64,000 bases of DNA from Macrostomum hystrix. Lineage: Eukaryota; Animalia; Platyhelminthes. Positions 10,465-23,204 of the stretch are shown piece by piece. The stretch spans positions 22,258,001 through 22,322,000 of the forward strand of contig CATNEN010000038.1 of NCBI GenBank assembly GCA_950097015.1. Direction: 5' to 3'. The translations under genes and the position numbers were made by a program. Position 1 is the first letter of the stretch. Each line of letters starts with the position of its first letter. The notes beneath the pieces were generated by a model. The model made no database searches and was not told where the DNA came from. It worked only from the letters and a program-made list of their open reading frames with translations.

Positions 10465-12166
10465 ATGTATCTGGAATTTTCAAATAATTTGGACAACTTC
10501 ATGTTCCATGGCTTACATAAAAAATCACACTCAGGTATGACATTTTTTGTTTGCCAATTGACTATTGTTTTTTATAATCTTTGTTAGATATCTAACTGCT
10601 TTGCAATTGCTATGTTGGCTGCACTGCAGCAGTTTCTGAATGCATATCGTCAAAAAAATATAAAAAATATCATCTCCAACATATGCAGACACAACTTGAC
10701 AGATAAAACTGCAGTCAACATAGGAAAAGTGCAAATTATTGAGACCAAAGCCAGGTGTGCTATGGCATGATGCTGATCAATTTTATATAAATCAATAGTT
10801 TGCAACCTGCAAAATCAACCTTAAAAAATCTGAATATAAAGCCACATTACTTCTGAAATCCCAAGATTGAGCTACTAGCCTCCCAGATCCCAAGATTGAG
10901 CTACTAGCCTCCCAGATCCCAAGATTGAGCTACTTGCCTCCCAGATCCCAAGATTGAGCTACTTGCCTCCCAGATCCCAAGATTGAGCTACTTGCCTCCC
11001 AGATCCCCAGATTGAGCTACTAGCCTCCCAGATCCCCAGATTGAGCTACTTGCCTCCCAGATCCCAAGATTGAGCTACTTGCCTCCCAGATCCCAAGATT
11101 GAGCTACTAGCCTCCCAGATCCCAAGATTGAGCTACTTGCCTCCCAGATCCCCAGATTGAGCTACTAGCCTCCCAGATCCCAAGATTGAGCTACTAGCCT
11201 CCCAGATCCCAAGATTGAGCTACTTGCCTCCCAGATCCCCAGATTGAGCTACTAGCCTCCCAGATCCCAAGATTGAGCTACTAGCCTCCCAGATCCCAAG
11301 ATTGAGCTACTAGCCTCCCAGATCCCAAGATTGAGCTACTTGCCTCCCAGATCCCAAGATTGAGCTACTAGCCTCCCAGATCCCAAGATTGAGCTACTTG
11401 CCTCCCAGATCCCAAGATTGAGCTACTTGCCTCCCAGATCCCAAGATTGAGCTACTTGCCTCCCAGATCCCAAGATTGAGCTACTTGCCTCCCAGATCCC
11501 AAGATTGAGCTACTTGCCTCCCAGATCCCAAGATTGAGCTACTTGCCTCCCAGATCCCCAGATTGAGCTACTAGCCTCCCAGATCCCAAGATTGAGCTAC
11601 TAGCCTCCCAGATCCCAAGATTGAGCTACTAGCCTCCCAGATCCCAAGATTGAGCTACTTGCCTCCCAGATCCCAAGATTGAGCTACTTGCCTCCCAGAT
11701 CCCAAGATTGAGCTACTTGCCTCCCAGATCCCAAGATTGAGCTACTTGCCTCCCAGATCCCCAGATTGAGCTACTAGCCTCCCAGATCCCCAGATTGAGC
11801 TACTTGCCTCCCAGATCCCAAGATTGAGCTACTAGCCTCCCAAATATTTTCCCAACTTGCAGTTTAATTCACCAGATCGCTGACTCAGCTCTCCATCTGT
11901 GCTCAGCCCTTCTCTCTGCTCTGCTAATGTTTGGCGCTATGTCGTTCAACGTCGCCATCCTACTAGCAGTAGTGTTAGGCAGTTGCGTCGGCTATTTCCT
12001 ATCGCACGGTCGAACTAAACCTCAGTCTAAGCCTGATAATTTTGCTGAATTAGAGGGACAGTGCGGTGAACAGTTCAATGGAATGAAATTTTTGTCACGG
12101 ACAGCAGCAGCGAAATGGCATTTGTTGGAAGGGAGAGTGAAATTTAAATCTTTGTATTCTTGTTAG
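10465..12166 (+). CDS. SLC31A: Ctr-family copper transporter (SLC31-like), three exons, with an apparent 1-nt frame break
   Basis: Exons 10465-10534 (MYLEFSNNLDNFMFHGL..), ~10588-10754 (SNCFAIAMLAALQQFLNAYR, TM1) and 11863-12166 (LHLCSALLSALLMFGAMSFNVAILLAVVLGSCVGYFL: MxxxM and GxxxG). Exons 2/3 are phase-compatible; exons 1/2 are out by one base. Confidence 0.75.
10857..11843. repeat. 29-bp minisatellite (~34 copies) in Ctr intron 2
   Basis: Unit CCCAGATCCCAAGATTGAGCTACT(A/T)GCCT. Confidence 0.95.
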
Positions 12167-12638
12167 ACACACCGCCCTCTTGTTAGTAACATCGTCCTCC
12201 TGTTACACTTCACTTACAAAAGTTGTTTTTGCAAGAAAGTTATTGTTCTTGATTTAGAATTTTTATTTACGTGTCTATCTAAAAATCCGATTTTCATTCT
12301 CCTGGCAGTCTACTGTCAGTAGCAATATGTAAGTATTTTGCTCATGATTAAAACTCTTATCTGTGATACGATTAATCAGCTGCTGAATGCGAAAATCTGC
12401 ATTTCTAGTTTTTTAGTCCTTGCTTTTTAAACTTTTCCCTTCTGCGTTTTATATTCTTAATTCATTCGATGCATGCCTATTCAGAGGTATTTTTCAACAT
12501 TTTCAAATAAAACCGCTATAAAGTAATATATTGTAAACTGGATACTTTATATAGATTTTTAAACTAAAATTAGGCACATACATTGCTAAGGGCAGAATTT
12601 AATATTCTATTTTACTTTTTTGCTGCACCAAAGAAAAG

Positions 12639-13824
12639 ATAGATACTCGTAGATATAAACTCGTAGATGGATAGATATATACTCGTAGATGGATAGATAT
12701 ATACTCGTAGATGGATAGATATATACTCGTAGATGGATAGATACATACTCGTAGATGGATAGATATATACTCGTAGATGGATAGATACATACTCGTAGAT
12801 GGATAGATATATACTCGTAGATGGATAGATACATATTCGTAGATGGATAGATATATACTCGTAGATGGATAGATATATACTCGTCGATGGATAGATACAT
12901 ACTCGTAGATGGATAGATATATACTCGTAGATGGATAGATATATATTCGTAGATGGATAGATATATACTCGTAGATGGATAGATATATACTCGTAGATGG
13001 ATAGATATATACTCGTAGATGGATAGATATATACTCGTAGATGGATAGATATATACTCGTAGATGGATAGATATATACTCGTAGATGGATAGATATATAC
13101 TCGTAGATGGATAGATATATACTCGTAGATGGATAGATATATACTCGTAGATGGATAGATATATACTCGTAGATGGATAGATACATACTCGTAGATGGAT
13201 AGATATATACTCGTAGATGGATAGATATATACTCGTAGATGGATAGATATATACTCGTAGATGGATAGATAAATACTCGTAGATGGATAGATATATACTC
13301 GTAGATGGATAGATATATACTCGTAGATGGATAGATACATACTCGTAGATGGATAGATATATACTCGTAGATGGATAGATACATACTCGTAGATGGATAG
13401 ATATATACTCGTAGATGGATAGATACATACTCGTAGATGGATAGATATATACTCGTAGATGGATAGATATATACTCGTAGATGGATAGATATATACTCGT
13501 AGATGGATAGATACATACTCGTAGATGGATAGCTATATACTCGTAGATGGATAGATACATATTCGTAGATGGATAGATATATACTCGTAGATGGATAGAT
13601 ATATACTCGTCGATGGATAGATACATACTCGTAGATGGATAGATAAATACTCGTAGATGGATAGATAAATACTCGTAGATGTATAGATATATACTCGTAG
13701 ATGGATAGATATATACTCGTAGATGGATAGATATATATTCGTAGATGGATAGATATATACTCGTAGATGGATAGATATATACTCGTAGATGGATAGATAT
13801 ATACTCGTAGATGGATAGATATAT
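12639..13824. repeat. 22-bp minisatellite (~54 copies)
   Basis: Unit ATACTCGTAGATGGATAGATAT; explains the repetitive minus-strand ORFs at 12599-13889. Confidence 0.95.
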
Positions 13825-14519
13825 CGTGACACATTGTCCAGTAGAATTATGAACAGCAAAAAGCAGGAAGTGGCCTTTTGTGTGTGCAATTGTCTAGTAG
13901 AATGTGAGCAGTTACAGTTTCAAGTCAGAAATTATCTACAACTCTGTTTAGCTCTATTTGTCAGTAGTCACTCCAGATTGGGTTACTCGTTCCTACTCAA
14001 GCGTTATAATCGCCACTCGGCAGCTGCACAACAGCAGGAAATGTGATTTTCTCTTTCTAGCTCGCTTGTCAGGTTAAAAAACACGCGCACTCCCGGGAGA
14101 GACTTGTGTGATTCACACGAGTCAGAGGAGATCAGTTTTCGGGTTAAACAGGCGTGACAAAGAGAAAAAATGTTATGCATTAAAGTGGTGCAATCTAATA
14201 CGTACAGTTTATATGTCATGTCTAGCAAGCTATTTAATTCTCTAAATACGAGTTAACACAAATGCTGAAGCTGTCTGCAATGCGTCAGAAACAATAAATA
14301 GGAAAGCTACATGGCTTATCAATTTCAGCACGAGATTTTTTCGTCACATTTGCAGCATCAGCATCTATGCAGATACGAGAGAAGCTGATGCTGCTGCTGC
14401 TGACTGCTTAAGTATTCTCGAGTTTATATTTAGAATTATTAAAAGCGTGAGAAATTTAGTCGATAAGAAATATGATAACGACATAAGTGAAGCTGCAACT
14501 GATCCACAATGCTTCTGTT

Positions 14520-14985
14520 GAGATGAGATAGGAGTTCAGAGAGGGGTAAGATAAGAAAGAATATTGGAGAAGGATGAGATGTGTAAGGAATTAAGAAAGG
14601 GATGAGATGAGAAAGAAGACAAGAGGGGTGAGATGAGGAATGAGGTAAGAGAGGGGGGATGAGAATGGAGATAAGAGAGGGTGAGATGAGGGAAGAGATA
14701 ACAGAGGGGTGAGATGAGGGAAGAGATAACAGAGGGGTGAGATGAGGGAAGAGATAAGACAGGGTGAGATGAGGGAAGAGATAAGACAGGGTGAGATGAG
14801 GGAAGAGATAACAGAGGGGTGAGATGAGGGAAGAGATAAGACAGGGTGAGATGAGAAAAGAGATAAGAGAGGGGTGAGATGAGGGAAGAGATAACCGAGG
14901 GGTGAGATGAGGGAGATGAGAAAGGAGACGGAAGAGTGGTGTGATGAGAGACGATTTAGGAGGATTTGAGAGAGATAAATGAGAT
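14520..14985. repeat. Degenerate purine-rich ~26-28-bp tandem repeat
   Basis: Variants of GAGATGAGGGAAGAGATAAGACAGGGT. Confidence 0.85.
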
Positions 14986-15771
14986 AAAAGCTGGTTATAA
15001 TAAACGGAACATACAAGGCTTTGCAAAATGAGCAAGTGCAGATTCAATTAAGCAGTAGAAATTTTCGCATGGCAAGCAGACTTTGTTGACTGTAGTTTTT
15101 TAGCCTTTAAAAATAATAACGAGATCAAAGGGCCGAAACTGAGCAGCCAGCGAAAAAACAGCTCGAAAAAAAAGATTTTTTTTAGCATAACGAAATCTAA
15201 CAAAGAAAATATTGAAGCCATTTTGTATTCCCGTTGAGTCGTAATCGCATTGGCATTGTTGTTGTAAACCAAAAAATATGGCAAAAACGCAATAAAAAGT
15301 TGTAAAATGTGTTTTTATCTGGCACCGTAATACATTTCGCTGCAGCAACGCAGACTAAGTCTGCATGGGCCGCCTTTTTATCGACCCAATAAAACATATT
15401 TTGTGACTAAGCATTGATCTCGCGTATTCTTGACAAAAAAACATTTATGATTTTATGCTGTGTTTAAATTCGGTAAGCTGGTAAGTCTAGCATGGATATT
15501 GTAGCAGCTTTTGTTTAAATCTGTTGCAGCATAAATAAAACAAAACAGTTCAGTGATGTTTTTACAATCCGGTTCTGGGACTATATAACGAGTTCCTGCT
15601 TACTGGTAATTGTAAACACTCACAAACAAATCTGCCACCGATTAGGATAAAAAATTTACTGCGATTAATTTTTTTGCAAGCCAATGAAAATATTTTAACG
15701 GAATTGGATGAAAATTCTTAGCAGCTCTTGCAGCGGTTTTGGCCTAAAACATCTGCTTTTTTCAAAGATAA

Positions 15772-16112
15772 TGAGTGACTGGAGTAGGATAATAATCACT
15801 GGGGTAGGAAAATAATCACTGGGGTAGGAAAATAATCATTGGGGTAGAAAAATAGTCACTGGGGTAGGAAAATAATCACTGGGGTAGAAAAATAATCACT
15901 GAGGTAGGAAATGAGTCACTGGGGTAGGAAATGAGTCACTGCGGCAGGTAATGAATCATGGTGGTAGGAAATGAGTCACTGGGGTAGGAAATGAGTCACT
16001 GCGGCAGGTAATGAATCATGGTGGTAGGAAATGAGTCACTGGTGTAGGAAATGAGTCACTGCGGCTGGTAATGAATCATGGTGGTAGGAAATGAGTCACT
16101 GGGGTAGGAAAT
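15772..16112. repeat. 20-bp tandem repeat with a 60-bp higher-order unit
   Basis: GGGGTAGGAAAATAATCACT grading into a 60-bp trimer carrying TGAGTCA. Confidence 0.85.
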
Positions 16113-17500
16113 ATGTCGCTCGGGAAAATGCTAAATATTAAAAGACAGGATTCGAAGGCTTAAATCACAATTAATTAGTTATAATATAATCTTTGGCAGT
16201 TAATAGCAAAGCTGCATTCCTAAGCTTTTTATTTAGAGCAGCTATGCCAGCAATGCAAATTATATTTATTTTATGTACAATTTCTATTTGACTTTCGCAA
16301 GTGAAGCATGTAAGAAGAGAGTAAATAAATACAAAAACTATTGACCCATTATTATACTATTTTGCGTCTTTGTAGAATTTTTGAACCCAAAAGATCGGTG
16401 CTTTGTCCTTTTTAAGCAATGGATCTTGGCTGCATTTAAAATAACTTTGAAAATGTTAGCAACTAAAGTGCATGCATGCACTTTAAATTTGTGGGCACAG
16501 CGTGGATAAAATTAATTTTAAGTGATAGGGGCAATTGCTTTATAGGCATGCATTATAATACAATAGTAGGCGCGTGAAATATCCGAATACAGATGCTTTA
16601 ATTGAACAAAAAGTTGACAAATTCTAAACCATGGAAAATTGCAGAAGGTAGAGAGGCATGTTTTTATTATCATATTTTATTGGCACAAATCAGCCGACTT
16701 TTTTGCTATTTAGGCATTCGTTTCTTCCTTTGTTTGTTTGACTGCATTAAAGAGCTATTTGGCGGTAATTTGAATTTCACTAGCGATACGCAAGCTCAGG
16801 TTTAATTATAGCGCAATTAAAATATTTGTTTGAAAAGTGTACATTTTTGACACATGCAACAAACTACGCGTTTGCTTCGAGACTTAAGAAAAATTTTATA
16901 TAATCTCAATATATATTTTTTGTTTTCTAGCTATACAAAAAGAAAATCTATTGGCATTTATTTGCATGTATTTTTACAGAAATATACGCGACTGGAAAAT
17001 GAGTCTGCAGTCCCAGGACCCGCCCGAGTTGGTTGAATTAGGTGAATTATTGTTTAGTGAAAAAGAATCTTCAGTTTTCATTATTCGCCAAACTGAACAG
17101 CAAATCAGTGGTGGAACAATTTTCTACTTAAAAAATCTACGCGAAACGCAGATTTACTGGCTGATATTTAAGCAGGGCTTTACAATCTGCGCTATTTTTA
17201 TATAATTTTTTAGCTGCAGGTCTAGTTGCCCATATTCTCGCATCTCTACAATGCTGGTAGTTTAGCTGCCTTTTGGAAAAAAATAACTCAATACAGGAGC
17301 AATGGGATGAAACAAAGGCAGAGTAGATTCTTGATTGCTCTACTTGAAAAAATTCCTCCCTGCCTCTGAGACCAGGGTTCTCATTGTCGCATCGAAACAA
17401 CTGTTTGGGTCCTTCTTGCCGGCTGATGTCGGCTGCTCTTGATGGTGGAATTTCCCCGAAACAATGTCAAATAAGGGCCTAAATCGAGTTCGTAAATTTC

Positions 17501-20500
17501 CTAGACCAAAGGCGCCGCCCCGTAAGCTGCTAGTCTGTTCAAGAAGCCGACGCCCGCGCCTACAGCTGCAGCCGCCGAAGCCGAGGAGCCTCCGGATGCA
17601 ACGCTGCCGTTGACGACGCTCCCGGCGACTGCACCGTCGCTGACGGCACTGCCACGGAGATGCTGATGATGGCTGTAGTAGGGATGATACCGGTGCTGCT
17701 GCTGCTGCTGCTGCTGCTGCTCTGTGCTGATGGTGGCTGACATCCATTTTCTAATCGACTCCAGCTGCTGGTAGTGAGAATGATGAGGCACCGGCGGAGG
17801 CTGTTGCGAGGTTGTTGAAGGAGCCGACGAGGCGGCGGCAGCCGCTGCAGCCATTGCAGCCATAGCGGCGTATGGTGACAGTGGCGTCCCAGAAGCTGCA
17901 CCAGCTGGTGCCGCTGATGACGATGTCGATGCAGTTGACACGGGTGGGGACTGCGGCTGCGGCTGGGACTGGGTTACCTCGTGAGATCGCATATGCCGCA
18001 TCAGTTGATCGGGAGACGGATAGTGCTTGCCGCAGAAGATGCAAAACTCAGCCGTCGGTTGCGAGGACGTTGGCGGCGGCGGCGGCGGCGGCGGAGGCGG
18101 CGCAGGCTGCAGCGACGTCGCCACGGCCGCGAACTGCAGATAGTCCATGAGAGCTCTGGCGTGGCCACAATGCGGACAGGCGCACACAGCCGCGGTGTGA
18201 CCTTCGGGCACGCTGAGCCCACTCCAGGCTGCGGCCATTGTCAGCTGATGCAACAGGTTCGCTGGCTGCTGCTGCTGTTGATGATGACTGAGAGCGAAGC
18301 CGGACGACAGGACACTCGTTGGTGGCAGCGGCGGTGGCGGAGGCGGCCGCATCATGTAGGCGGATGTCGCTGACTGGTGCTGATGATGATGGCTAGCAGC
18401 TGTTGCCGCAGCCGCAGCCGCCGCAGCTTCCAGGAGCTTCCTGTGCTGCAGCTCAAGCACAGCAGCTGCGGCAGCGGTTGAAGTCTCGCTGACACACTTG
18501 ACATGGCCGGAGTTCGGCGAGGAGAAAGGAGAGTTGGACGAGACCGACTGCTTGCGGCCCTCCGTGTGACTGGCTGACGAAGGCCGACTATGGTGAGATC
18601 GCTTGCTAAGCGGCGAGTGCTGCTGCTGCTGCTGCTGCTGCTGGCTTCCGCCGCGTACAGCCAACGGCGTCGACATCGATAGCGAAGATGGCGTCAATGA
18701 AGATCCCGAAGCTGAGAGTAGCGAGCCGCCCGAACCGTCTCTGCCGATGCTATCGCAGGTCTTGGCCAGCAGGGCCAACGGGCTCTGCGAGGAATTCAGA
18801 GTTTTTGGGTGCAACCAATGTAGGCCTACTGGATTGGAGCTTCGAATAGAGAGGTCACGAGTTCGAATTTTAAAATACCGAATTTCCTAGTGCTTCAAGT
18901 CATCCGGCCGAAATAGTATTAATAATAATATTATCATTATTATTATTGATAGCCGGAGGGCTGCGGGCAGTGGCACATCATTTGGTGACTCTAGAATCTA
19001 GACCCGCCTCGTCGGCTCCTTCAACAGCCTCGCAACAGGATGCAATTCTGCCCATTTCGCTGACTCCTGAGCACACAGATACCGAACGCAGGCACACGCT
19101 CACACAGGTGTGTACATCCGCCCTGACTTTCTCATCGTCAGGCAGTGTACGGGGACCTTGGTGTGAGAGGCAAACGCGTTAACCGCTCTGCCACTCACCC
19201 CCCTTGTCATCCGGCTGTAAAATGGGTAGACATTTGTCCTAAGCCTTCTGAGTCCACGGACTGAACGGCTGTACACCAGCCTTTGACATATCGCCGCGCA
19301 ACAGCTGCGGCTGTGCCAACTGTAATTTCCACCTGGCTATCTCTAATTGAAAATTGTGAAATTAAGAAATGCGAACATGCCTCAACTCACAAGAATAAAT
19401 TAAATTCAAAAGACAAGCCGCTACAGACAAGCAGCTCGATTTGAATTTGAATGAAAGGGTTTATATTAATTATAATATTAGTTATTATAAATGGCAGACG
19501 CTTAACTTATATTGCTCTTAAAAGGTATTTTTTTTCTTTGATATAACACTGGCGTCATGAAAACTTTCTGGTTGTAAAAATGTGAAACCGTAAATGTCAG
19601 GATTGCAAATACTGTGTTGAATAGTTATGAATAATATTTTATGCATATCCGATTCACAGCAAAAACAATATGTCTGCGACTTACTTTTTTGCATTTTCGG
19701 TAATTTTTGTACAGTTTCTTAGTTAAAACAGTCTAGGCTTAGTTTGTTAAAACGTTAGTTAGTTCGTTAGTTTTCTAGGCTAGGCACAAAATGTAACGGA
19801 CCTGAAGGATTATCAGTGAAACCAAATTTAACGGAACTGAAGGATTATCTGTGAAACCAAATTTAACGGAACTGAAGGATTATCAGTGAAACCAAATTTA
19901 ACGGAACTGAAGGATTATCTGTGAAACCAAATTTAACGGAACTGAAGGATTATCTGTGAAACCAAATTTAACGGAACTGAAGGATTATCTGTGAAACCAA
20001 ATTTAACGGAACTGAAGGATTATCAGTGAAACCAAATTTAACGGACCTGAAGGATTATCTGTGAAACCAAATTTAACGGAACTGAAGGATTATCAGTGAA
20101 ACCAAATTTAACGGAACTGAAGGATTTTCAGTGAAACCAAGTTTAACGGACCTGAATGATTATCAGTGAAACCAAGTTTAACGGACCTGAATGATTATCA
20201 TTGAAACCAAATTTAACGGACCTGAATGATTATCAGTGAAACCAAATTTAAGGTTTATACCGATTACAAAAATTGAAGATGAACTATTATTTTAAGAGGT
20301 TCGGAAATGAGACAATATATAGGCCAGTATTATTCGCTCGCTCCAAAACATGCAAAAGCGGGAAAAAAAACTAGTTTTCTCTTACATAGCTTGACAGACA
20401 AGCCGATATTTGGATAGGTTTGAAGGGCTGAATCGGTGACTGCCAGCTATAAGAAGATCTATACATACATGCGAGCTAATGGGAACGAAATTCATAGATT

Positions 20501-21866
20501 GCATAGACAAACTGACAGCTCTGTGACAGCAACAGCAGCAGCAGCTGTCTGTCTGTCAAACTGTCCTTTCCACTTATGCAGTCAGTCACAAGGAGAGGCA
20601 TATTGCATCATCTCGCAGTCACTCTTCCCATTCCTAATTTTCCACCCCCTATAGCAATTTTTCTCCTCAAGACAAGGAGAGGCTGTCATGATTGACATGA
20701 CCCCCATCAGTGACCCTCCCGCATAACCAAAAGGGGTCGAAGACCCCCCGATAAAACTAAAATGTAAAACATAATTTTTTAAACATTTTTTTCATCTTTG
20801 CCAGTGCTTGGGTCTGAATTTAATCTTCTTTTTGTCATTCAGTCAATCAATCAATCATCGTTGTCAATTCGACACTAGAATTGAAATGAATCTCTTTATT
20901 TCCTACGCAATAAAAACGTCACGATAAAATCTTGTTTGTAAAATAAATCGCTCTTAAAGTGACAGTTTGACAGTTCTACAGGGGCAGTGAGATTTATTAT
21001 TAATAATATTATTAGTAATACTCCTGTCTAGAGGCCGAAACACGATGACGTCACAGCTTCTCAAACTGATGAAATGAGTCTCGCTGTTCGCGATTTTTAG
21101 GCCCGAGTTTTTGATTGATTGATTGACGTATGGATAAATTGACAAATGATTATACATCTAATCGTTGATTGTTTTAATAGAGTAGAATATTGTAGAACCA
21201 CAGACAAACACCTGATGATGAAAAATCTATCCGAAGGTAATTTCATAAGTAAACTTTGAGATGACTGAATATGTCTCATGACCACTAGATCCGCAGCCAG
21301 CGAGGAGGCAATTCTGCCCATTTCGCTGACTCCTGAGCACACGCACACAGATACCGAACGCAGGCACACGCTCACACAGGTGTGTACATCTGCCCTGACT
21401 TTCTCATCGTCAGGCAGTGTACACTCTCACTGTGCCCTGGAGGTTGGCCCTCAAGGGCGTAAATGTGACGACAAGCCCCCAAGCCTTCTCTCCGCGGCTG
21501 CGCCCCAATATTTATGTGGCCTCACCGCGGAATCGAGCTCAGGGACCTTGGTGCGAGAGGCAAACGCGTTCACCGCTCTGCTCTCATGACATACAAACCT
21601 AACATTCACGCAATCAACAGTCACAAACTCACCTGATTAGGCTGACTTGATTCCAGGAAATCCGGATGGAGATATTGGCCCAAATTGTTCCGTTTATGCT
21701 GCTGTCGAGTACTTCCGGGTAGCTTTGACTGCTTCACTGTCGCAGTTGCTATTGTTGAAGAAGCTAATGTTGTCGTTGAAATCTGAAGACGATGGGTCAC
21801 AGGCTCCAGCTTCATCTCATCCAGGGTCTGCAGACTTGATCCTCTCGCATCGCCATTTGTAGTCAT
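17501..21866 (-). CDS. ZNF503: NET-family zinc-finger transcriptional regulator (NocA/Elbow/Tlp-1; ZNF503/ZNF703-like), 2 exons, ~505 aa
   Basis: Exon 1 21866-21633 ends YLHPDFLESSQPNQ|GTGAGT (compare the LHPEYLQP motif). Exon 2 18784-17501, after the acceptor ttcctcgcAG, begins with the Sp motif SPLALLAKTCDSIG, then Btd-like CACPHC, a single C2H2 finger CIFCGKHYPSPDQLMRHMRSH and C-terminal RYHPY. Phase 0 join. Confidence 0.88.
18918..19195 (-). mobile_element. tRNA-derived SINE, internally deleted, with (AAT)n tail
   Basis: Minus strand begins TGGCAGAGCGGTTAACGCGTTTGCC (A-box-like); body shared with 21290-21585; AAT-rich tail at ~18918-18947. Confidence 0.6.
19200..19336 (+). mobile_element. 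CORE-SINE fragment related to the copy at 63432-63680
   Basis: catccggctgtaaaatgggta (end of CORE), then agtccacggactgaacggctgtac..gccgcgcaacagctgcggctg, matching the reverse complement of ~63450-63530. Confidence 0.55.
19790..20250. repeat. 35-bp minisatellite (~13 copies) in the NET gene intron
   Basis: Unit AAATTTAACGGAACTGAAGGATTATCAGTGAAACC. Confidence 0.95.
21290..21585 (-). mobile_element. tRNA-derived SINE (second, more complete copy)
   Basis: Minus strand GCAGAGCGGTGAACGCGTTTGCCTCTCGCACCAAGGTCCCTGAGCTCGATTCCGCGGTGAGGCC has a tRNA-like head with A/B boxes; body nearly identical to 19042-19150. Confidence 0.65.
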
Positions 21867-21939
21867 GATTCTTTTGATCTGCTAATTGCTGCTGTCGATC
21901 CCTCACCTTCAGACTAGCCTGTCCGCTTCAAATAGAAAC

Positions 21940-22050
21940 AGCCGCCTTATAAGAAGGAGCCAATTCAAAATTTATGGAGGAGGGGGGAGGCCTGCTCTGG
22001 GGGTCCAATCAGAGAGCAGTTAGGCCCGACCGAGTCTCAGACCAATTGGG
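21940..22050 (-). promoter_or_regulatory. Candidate core promoter of the NET gene
   Basis: TATAAG about 85 bp upstream of the ATG and three CCAAT elements (~21960, 22005, 22042). Motif evidence only. Confidence 0.35.
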
Positions 22051-23204
22051 GGAGTATCGAGAGAGGAAAAGCTAGAGAAACTCCGTGGACTGAATTTCGC
22101 GTGTGAATTGTCGGATTATGAAGTGGGGAGTTGAAGGCTTATAGAAAATGAGTATGGGGAGAACAGAGAAAGGAACGGGTTGGCCCAGCGAGTCCACTTT
22201 GCTTTGGGCGTTGGTAGACTGGGGACGGCAGTGGCGGAGCTTCATCAAAGACGTGCCGACATTTGCCATGTGTCAATAAAACGAGAGAGACGGGACGGGG
22301 CAAGAGGAGCTTTTATTCTTTCTCTCACAACGACCTGTCAATCAAATTTATGTAGTTCTGTGTGTGTGAGAGAGAGTGGAAGGCTTTGGCAGGGCATTAA
22401 GGAAATGGTCGGGGCGATAAATGGAGAGAGAGAGAGTGACAGTCAGTTTCTAGGCCCTCTGTTGTGTGTGTGTGTGTGTTCTATGGTGCGCCTAGAGAAT
22501 TTTTCAAAGCTCTCGCTCACTGCCTGTCTGTCTGTCTGTCTGTCTGATTCTCCAATGCCAAAGTCTATACCTACCTCTTGTGACACCCCTACTACCTACC
22601 TATACGGGACCGAAATCGCATAAGCGTCAGTTCCGTTTCCCTCCTCTCTCTTCCCTCTCCGTGTCTGTGTGTGTGTGTGTGTGTGTTTCTTTCCATTCCG
22701 CCGTCAATTTCCCCCTTGGCGGTTCAAGCCACCCACCCCAACCACTGTCGGCTTGATTGGCAGCTGTCGGCGAGATCAAAGAAGCCTCCAAAAAAGCCCA
22801 CAGAATTCTTCCCTTCAATACCCCCTCTCTCTCGCTCTCTCTCACAATTCTTGCTGTGTCTCGCCTCCCGCACTGAAAGCCCCTGTACCCACCCACCCAC
22901 TCAGTCCTGTCGGCTGTCAGTCAAGCAAGCGTACGGAACCACAGTGACCAAGTACTGCAGCACATCAGGCCGCCAAATGAAGTTGGAGCTGTATGGCAAA
23001 CGGGGATAGATACCAGGCAAATTTGGTGAAGAAATTTAAGTCTAAAGGCATAGCTAAATTGTCTAGCGCAGAAGCCGAATATAGATTAAAAATATACTAC
23101 ATCGGGTGGGTTTAACATAGGCGATGAGCCGCGGAGGAGATTAGGTGGGCGAGAGATGAGAAAAGTATACGAGAGACACGGGGGGAGATGAGACACGGTG
23201 AAGA

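Noticed and set aside
9814-13824. Regular 41-, 29- and 22-bp arrays as possible CRISPR arrays
   Set aside because: Head-to-tail repeats without unique spacers, no cas genes, eukaryotic context.
18785-18814. ORF-track start (MHPKTLNSSQ) of the NET protein
   Set aside because: It is a TTG within the intron's 3' end; the real N-terminus is exon 1 at 21866-21633.
17340-18890. Multiple overlapping short ORFs
   Set aside because: Alternative and antisense frames of the GC-rich NET exon 2.
21520-21590. tRNA-like sequence on the minus strand
   Set aside because: No complete acceptor stem, altered B box, and fused to a repeated body; treated as a SINE head.
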